Assembly (NCBI RefSeq): GCF_006345805.1
Contig: NC_043015.1
Coordinates: 36,518,001-36,582,000 of the forward strand
Source of the DNA: Octopus sinensis
Lineage: Eukaryota
DNA: 64,000 nucleotides
Direction of reading: 5' to 3'
The number at the start of each line of letters is the position of its first letter. The first letter of the stretch is position 1. Below are positions 54,705 through 64,000 of this stretch, in pieces. The position numbers were made by a program, and so were the translations under genes. The notes below the pieces were generated by a model, which saw only the letters and a program-made list of their open reading frames with translations, searched no databases and was not told the DNA's origin.

Positions 54705-55601
54705 AGCATGTACATATGCAGTGATGAGACGGGAATATTATTCTGATATTGCGAGATAGTTATACGTTTAATCGCAGGCGAGAGAGTTTTTTGGGAACAG
54801 AGCCATATGTTCATCTGATATTTATTGTAAAAATATGTTGCCGTAAGACAGTATGTATGCGTGTTGTACAGCAGTAATATCCTGAAACGCCTCAACGATT
54901 TATAACACGGGTATTATATAGATACATGCATGAACATATATGTATACATATGTGTGTTTGTGTGTGTTGGTCAGTGCATGTATGTAGGTATGTATGTATG
55001 TATGCATTATATATGTGCTTGTCCTGATAAAGTGTACATATCGCATTCATGATATATATCTTGTCAGTTATATTCATAATAGATACACAGACTGTGTTGT
55101 AATTCTTTTGTGCAATGTTGCCATTGTTGTCAAATTTATTACAATGAGAGGCCTTCAATAACATTCTTTGTTTTAGAACGGTAGATATCGGAATATATTC
55201 TCTGTGGTTTTAGTGTCTTGTAGACAATCAAGCTCTTTATGTTAACCTCGAAGACTGATTTGACATTTATGTACTCTTCAATTTTGTATTTAATTTTCAG
55301 CTACATTAAGTGTCTTTCCAATGTTTTCTTGTATTTTAACTACATTAATAAAAACGTCGAGGAATTGGTAACCGACAAAGAAACAATAGCAGAGCGTCTA
55401 CACTTTAGATGGTATACGTACATACATACATACATATATAAGCATATATATATATATAAGTGTGTGTGGGTGGGCGTGTGTGTGGGTGTGTGTGTGTGTG
55501 TGCACGAGCGCACATATGTATATATATATAAAGAGAGATAGATGTAGATATAGGTATAGATATATACACATACACGCATACATATATTCATATATATGTA
55601 G

Positions 55602-55635
<34 letters not shown>

Positions 55636-55791
55636 TCGTATATATATATATATGCATATGTATATGAATATATATATGTTTCTCTCTATGCATTTATAAT
55701 TAAAATGTACACACCTCTACGTGTTTCATTATAAACTCCATTACGCTCGACATTTTTTGATATTATACACCCACGCGTGCACCCATATATA

Positions 55792-55822
<31 letters not shown>

Positions 55823-55832
55823 ATAATAATAT

Positions 55833-55922
<90 letters not shown>

Positions 55923-56438
55923 ACACTTATAATGGTTCAGGCTTTCTGACATTATATTTCGCACTTTGTTCGATCTAAACTTTGGGCACAATCATGCCTT
56001 TTACATTTATGACAGTAATACACGAATTTTGTGGAAAATAATCTCTTATGCTAACAAAGAAAATATATCCATTCTGCCACTACAATAGCTACAAAAAACC
56101 CCCGTCCCCTCTACCATTTGACAACCTTGATTGTTCTTGGACCACTCCGAGATAGTTAAGCGTGTCAACCGTAAATTGCACCACCAAAACAAAGCACGGA
56201 CGTAGTGGTGAACTTACAAAGATTTCTGTGCCTTTTCACATGATCATAAATTTGTATCCTAAACAGATACTAATTTGAGAAAATTTCCTCCTCGAACTCC
56301 AGTCGGAAGCAAAATAGTTACGACGGAGCCCCTCATCTTTCTACGTCATTTAACGTTTGAATATCATAAAATTCTGTGAAACCGAAGACATTTAAAAATA
56401 GACCATGTAAAGAATCCCAGTACAATTTCAACTTCTTT

Positions 56439-56478
<40 letters not shown>

Positions 56479-56501
56479 TATATTTATACATATAATACAT
56501 G

Positions 56502-56619
<118 letters not shown>

Positions 56620-57385
56620 TATAAATGTGAACGTTTGCATCTGGTCACACATTCAAACACACTGGCTTCCCAGTGGTGACGTTGTCGAGAAAAATATCCA
56701 GCTGTCCGTATGATGTGAAATGCTATTAGTAGGACTTATGGAGGTATCAATCCATCATCATAGATCGATAAGTATTTAAATAGATAATGCTCATAGCATT
56801 AACTCTCTGTCCGAGCAATAAACAAATGAAAGAAATTGACAAACAAAAAAAATAATAATTTCTCTGAAGTCTCTTCGGACTCGAATAACATCAAATAAGT
56901 AAAAAAGAATATCAACAAAATTTTAAAAAATATACCTGGATGATCAATTCATCTGTTTTACGTCTCGTCTGCGAGCAGGACGAAATACTATACGCGACAT
57001 CAAAAGAGAAATTTCTATAGTCTGTCTGGTGACCTTCAACAGGCGATTCTTGCGCTATGTCAAAAGTCCTACGTCTGTCTACTGTATAGTGTTTGAACCA
57101 AAGTCTCTTTTTCATTCGGTTTTGTCTTGGTTTTCTACTAAATGATATCGCACACCAATTCTTCATTCAACATACAAATCGTATATTATATACTGTTGCC
57201 AGGATGGAAAGTATATCTGACAAATCTTATAGCCTATATATTGCTGGGCATGTAGGTATGTGTAAACAAGACACATACATACACACACGCATATGTTTAC
57301 ACAAATAAACACACGTTGAAATTCGCACACATGCATACACACGTGTACACAAGGCAACATTGACATATAACAAAACACTTACATC

Positions 57386-57418
<33 letters not shown>

Positions 57419-57689
57419 ATATATATAAATATACATATATATATATACACATATATATATACGTTATGCTTGTGTGTGAATATGCGCATATTTTCCCATG
57501 TAAATGTGTGTAATTCTGTACTCAATAATATACACACAAGCTCTGTAATGTATACAGATAGGCATACATATAATTATGTGTGTGTATGTGTATTTGCGTG
57601 TGTAAGAATGTATGTGTGAATGTGTGAGTATAAATATATATGTATGTATATATATGTATATATTATATACATATATATATATATATGTA

Positions 57690-57723
<34 letters not shown>

Positions 57724-58164
57724 CCCACATGCATATATACAAGTATATGATGATTTGTATGTGTATTTACACATGTGTGTATGTGTGCGAGTGCGTTCGT
57801 GTGTGTGTGTAAGTGTTCTTGCGTTAATCTAAGAGTTTAGTAAGAAAATTTAGTTGTGTAACTGAAAGCAATCTAGATTCACCATACTGACCAGTTAAAG
57901 AGCATAAGTGTTGAAGTGTTGCCAAAGAGGAAAGAAAAAAAAAGGGAAGAAAGAAACTATTGCCGTCGATGATTAAAGAGATGATGAACAAGGAAATAAT
58001 AGAGAAAAAAATTGCTTATATATCTTTATATCTTTATTTATCTATCCCTATTTATCTATATCTCCTTATCTATCTGTCTATCCAAACCTCTCTCTCGCTC
58101 TCTCTCTATCTATCTTTGTATTGATATGCACACACACACACACACACAGACACACACACACGCG

Positions 58165-58197
<33 letters not shown>

Positions 58198-58255
58198 TAT
58201 GTATATATATTCATACATACATACATACATGCATATATATATACATACACACACA

Positions 58256-58286
<31 letters not shown>

Positions 58287-58299
58287 ATATATATATATG

Positions 58300-58331
<32 letters not shown>

Positions 58332-58365
58332 TATTATGTATTTATATTCATGCATACATACATAC

Positions 58366-58453
<88 letters not shown>

Positions 58454-59015
58454 GCATAAATTCAAAGGAATTTGAAAATGATATCTAAATACCAGGCATA
58501 ATCGATAGAGTAAATGAAAACAATATAAAAACTATTACAAAAAACAAAAGGAAAAGATAAAGCGAAGAAGAAAGCGATCGTGAATAAGCGGAATATAATA
58601 CGAATGCAAGAAGCGTAATGTTCGGAAACGGGAATCGAATGGTCTGCGATAGCGTGATGTTTTGTAAATTTACTTTCGATCTTTTGGGGAAAACCGCGTG
58701 TCTGTGTTTTGGGTTCCAAAATAGGTCGCCTTCTCCTCTGATATTAAGCATTCTGTGTAAAACGGGAAGTGAATCTCGTATCCGACAAAGCGCAAATTCC
58801 AGTATTGATTATATAACCAGGTTAGAGAATGTGGAAATAAATTTCATACCCCTGCCAGGGGACACTGCACACATGGATTCCACAGGAGTTTTTTTTTAAA
58901 TTTCTTATTAATAGCATCTATGATATCTTAGACGCATAGATTATCGAGGGCCTAACTATTTGTTGAAATTCATACCAGAGACGCGCGCACATGCATACTC
59001 ACACACTGACACACA

Positions 59016-59053
<38 letters not shown>

Positions 59054-59056
59054 CAT

Positions 59057-59087
<31 letters not shown>

Positions 59088-59437
59088 AATAACTTGGTCA
59101 CAGCAGATCTATAATCCGCTTCTTCAAAGCTGGATAACGACTCTAAGAAAAATACTTTAGCTATCACTCTGGATAAGCCAATAGGCGTATAATGGGATCG
59201 CAGCTCCACGTGCTTTTTACAATGTTATCACATGTCTTGCTGTCATTATATGTCTGACAGTAAATTTACTTCATTTCAGAGTAACTTTTCGAGGTCCAAA
59301 AATGACACATTAAAATATAATTTTTATAAAAATTTTTTGGGGCTTATTAAATGCTCTTTCGCGATTATCCTAGATTTCCTCTTTCCTTGGAAGGAGCTCG
59401 TTGATGCACGTCCATGAACTTCTTTACTTGCCACGGA

Positions 59438-59518
<81 letters not shown>

Positions 59519-59528
59519 CATTATTATT
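59438..59528. repeat. (TAA)n tail or target of the R4/Dong-like element
   Basis: Directly abuts the element's 3' end. Confidence 0.95.
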
Positions 59529-60060
59529 TTCTCTTTATCGCAGGTTTTTTGGGAGCTTCTGGAGCCTTGCCTGGGTAGCGGCGGGTTTACTACCAGCAGC
59601 CTACGGTGCCATGTTATTCGTTCTTTTCAAGCTATCCAATAGTTTCCTGATTATCCTGGCCGCGTCAAGGAGGCAAAACCTTTCTAACAGTTCTTCTACT
59701 GGGCCCTCAATTTACTTTATATTCCTCTTCATACCTTCTCATTACTGTGCCCAAGGACCTGCAATAGTTGGCACAATCTTCACTGTCTACTTTTTCCATA
59801 GCCGGGTTAGTTCTATTAATCTATTTTTTCGTCTTCCTTCTTGGCCATTCCCGGGTCAAAGGAGCATAGAACTTCAGCTATATAGCATAGGAGGTGTACC
59901 CTGTCGACCACCTCTATGTCCGGTCTGTTTTGCTCTAGCACCCGATATGTTTGGATTAGAAAAATCCCACACGATTTTTCTAGTCTCCGACTGCGCCACC
60001 TTCTGCGGTTTATGCTCTGAAAACTTGCCTCTCTGAAAACTTTATCCATAGCTCTTATCT
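59529..60060 (-). pseudogene. R4/Dong-like non-LTR retrotransposon 3' part (restriction-enzyme-like endonuclease)
   Basis: HKPQKVAQSETRKIVWDF, QNRPDIEVVD, CSFDPGMAKKEDEKID, ELTRLW..TVKIVPTIAG, AARIIRKLLD (frameshifted). Confidence 0.85.
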
Positions 60061-60499
60061 TCTTCTGAAAACTTCATTCAAAAACTGAAAGCGTAATCTG
60101 CTTTGTGTCTGTTTGGAAAGATAGTCGCTCCTCTGGTAGTCGATGAAAAGTAAAAGAAATTGGAATACGATGATTACTTGATGCACTTTGTGAATACAAT
60201 TTATATACTATATGCACAATATTACGGACTTCATACACAGCACTCATTAAATGAATAGTCACTCGTATTTTTACATTTCCCCCATAAACAAAAACAAAAA
60301 AAAAATATCCTATACATATGATACAAGCTTTAGTTAAATTGCATATATCTGCCGTGTAAATAAGCGCATTTCACGGAATTGCAATTATGCGCCTGCATCA
60401 AGTGATATAAAAAAAACTTACTTCGATTAAAAACAAAATACGCGTTTCATTATGCACTCGGCACCGCCACCTCCACCATTGCCACTACCAACACCATCA

Positions 60500-61702
<1,203 letters not shown>

Positions 61703-61885
61703 TTGCCTTTGCACAGCTTCTAACGCTGAAGATGTACTACGGTGTCAGCTGTTCACTACCAGTGAACTAAGGTAACACCTCTTATTTTTCGAGCACCTTC
61801 CGGAGTATTCGAGCGGTTCCAAGCAGTGCTGTTTTCTGCAAGTGCTCCACCCTCATTGCAGCCCCTTTTTGTTCCATGTACTTCA
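61703..61885 (-). mobile_element. Extreme 3' end of a second R4/Dong-like copy
   Basis: EHLQKTALLGTARILRKVLEK* plus a short 3' UTR ending in (TAA)n. Confidence 0.85.
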
Positions 61886-62439
61886 TTATTATTATTATTG
61901 TTGTTGTTGTTTATTTACTTTTGCACAAATTCTTCAATCCTCTCGGATTTACTTTTAATGTCATCTCATTATATGTCGTTGAAAATCATGTAAATATGGC
62001 AGTTGTATTCACTGTATGAAGACATTGATGATACCCACATAATTAGCTAAAGGATTCTAAATAGCTAGCAATTAATCGGATTATAACGGATATATTTCAC
62101 GACTGAATAAAACTCACACAAAAGAAATTCAAGTCATTAGCTGGGAAGAAGAGGATAGAAAACTTTTTTTTTTCTTTTTTGTTTCAGTATAATGTTGTAA
62201 GCTGTGACAGTTTTAGTTTAATGAAGTATTTCTAAGAAGCGTTGAATTGCTTACAGCCGTTCAGTCGTTAATAAGGTTACTTTTCTTCGTTTACAGTAGA
62301 AACCATCAATGGAGTGCCATATGAAAGTATATCCGATTGAAAATATAATTAGTAGTAAAGATATAAAACACCTGCGACATATATATACACAAATATGTAC
62401 ATGCTTACATATGTATGCATATACATTCTCCACACACAT

Positions 62440-62560
62440 AAGAAATATATTTCTTTATTTCATACAAGGGGCTAAACACAGAAGGGACAAACAAGGATGG
62501 ACAAACGGATTAAGTCTATCATATCGACCCCAGTGCGTAACTGGTACTTATTTCCATCGT
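62440..62560 (-). mobile_element. Family A SINE fragment
   Basis: aaggggctaaacacagaagggacaaacaagg...tcgaccccagtgcgtaactggtactta. Confidence 0.75.
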
Positions 62561-62706
62561 TCGACATTTACATATATATAGTCTTCACTCTCGAGACTAT
62601 TATTAGGAAAAATAAAAATAAGAAATAAGTGGAAATTTTACCGGTGAGTGTGTTACATTATAAGGGACAGAAAGAAAATGACTCTCCCTAGACACAACAG
62701 TAATAC

Positions 62707-62778
<72 letters not shown>

Positions 62779-62877
62779 CTGTACGCATCTGCCTCTTTCT
62801 TTCTTTGTGTCTTTCTTTCCTTCTCTCTCCCTCTGTGTCTATATATATATGTACGTATATATATATATATATATATA

Positions 62878-62909
<32 letters not shown>

Positions 62910-63275
62910 ATGTGTGTATATATACATTCCGATTGAAACTGTAGTGATGATCGTGATATTGAATCCGGGTATGAGAAATCCATTGTGTTTCTAAGAAAAA
63001 ATACTTTCCTCTGATGTTGCTTTGCGAATATGTCACCATCTTGCATATTGCAGACTGTGTACCTGTTCAATTAATGTCGATTTTACAGAGAGAATGAATT
63101 GATTCATAGTGCAGATATGAATATATCTCACTACGAAACAAAATAACCCCTGTGCAGTTTGTCCGGGATGAATCCGCGGGACACTGATCAGATGTTTACG
63201 ACAAGAGATCCCAGCGACACACGCATGCACGTGCACGCACACACATACACATACACACAGTCGCAAACATGCACG

Positions 63276-63333
<58 letters not shown>

Positions 63334-64000
63334 TATATATTGTTCTATATGAAAAATATACTTTGTATAGTTCTAACATTTTATAAGGTTTAAACATTCT
63401 CTGATAGAGAACTCGGTTCTTCGTATTGAGTGCTTAAGCTAGAATGCTCTGCTCCTTGCTGTATCAGTATAGGTGTGTGTCTCTGTGTATGTCTGTATGT
63501 CTCTGTAAGCGCTTATTCAAGAGCACATGTCTATGTGTGTTTTGTCTGTTAGTATGATTAGAATGAAACGTGTGGTCGCAATGCTGGAGCAGGTAACTTC
63601 GAAAAATACACAATCTATAACTTTCATTGACATTTCTTGATATTCTGCACATTTTTCTAGATTTACAGCAAAACTATTTCATCGTAAATTTTACAATTTC
63701 TTTTTCCTTGTATTTTTTCAAAACATCGAAATACTTGACGAAATAGGAAGAAATTTATAGTTATTTTATTCTTAAAAAAAATGTTCAAGTTTTTGCTTAC
63801 TTTTAGCTGCATGAACTGTCACATAGAAACCAATGAAATATTTACTACAAGTGCTGCTTCGACATCATTAATGATCCTGAATTATACGTATTCCTTCGCC
63901 TTCTTCTTTCGTCGTCGCCAGAAGCTTAACATCTTCCAACGTGATATTAATATTTAATCTCATAATACGTATTTAATTTTAACTTAGCAAGTCACGTTTT

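Noticed and set aside
56912-57166. 84-aa complex minus-strand ORF as an exon
   Set aside because: No convincing acceptor, the antisense frame is equally open, and no family recognised
59401-60036. 211-aa plus-strand ORF
   Set aside because: Poly-Leu from (TTA)n plus antisense of the Dong-like endonuclease

Overview
AT-rich, microsatellite-dense eukaryotic DNA. The SINE families look like those of Octopus/cephalopods (from memory of those families, not a search). I can confirm no host gene and no CRISPR, rRNA or real tRNA. Nearly all listed ORFs are microsatellite translations or antisense to transposons. The window holds at least 3 decayed Penelope-like elements (PLE; RT and/or GIY-YIG), R4/Dong-like LINE pieces in (TAA)n, a CR1/L2-type LINE 3' end, an RTE-like element, about 15 tRNA-derived SINE pieces, a MITE and a 100-N gap. 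Main find: a ~530-bp tandem array (51.2-53.5 kb) whose units carry a type I hammerhead ribozyme with a palindromic helix III. This is a retrozyme/circular-RNA-like architecture. A related hammerhead-bearing inverted element lies at 31.5-32.5 kb and other hammerhead-like motifs at 29.1 and 53.7 kb. All folds and alignments were done by eye.
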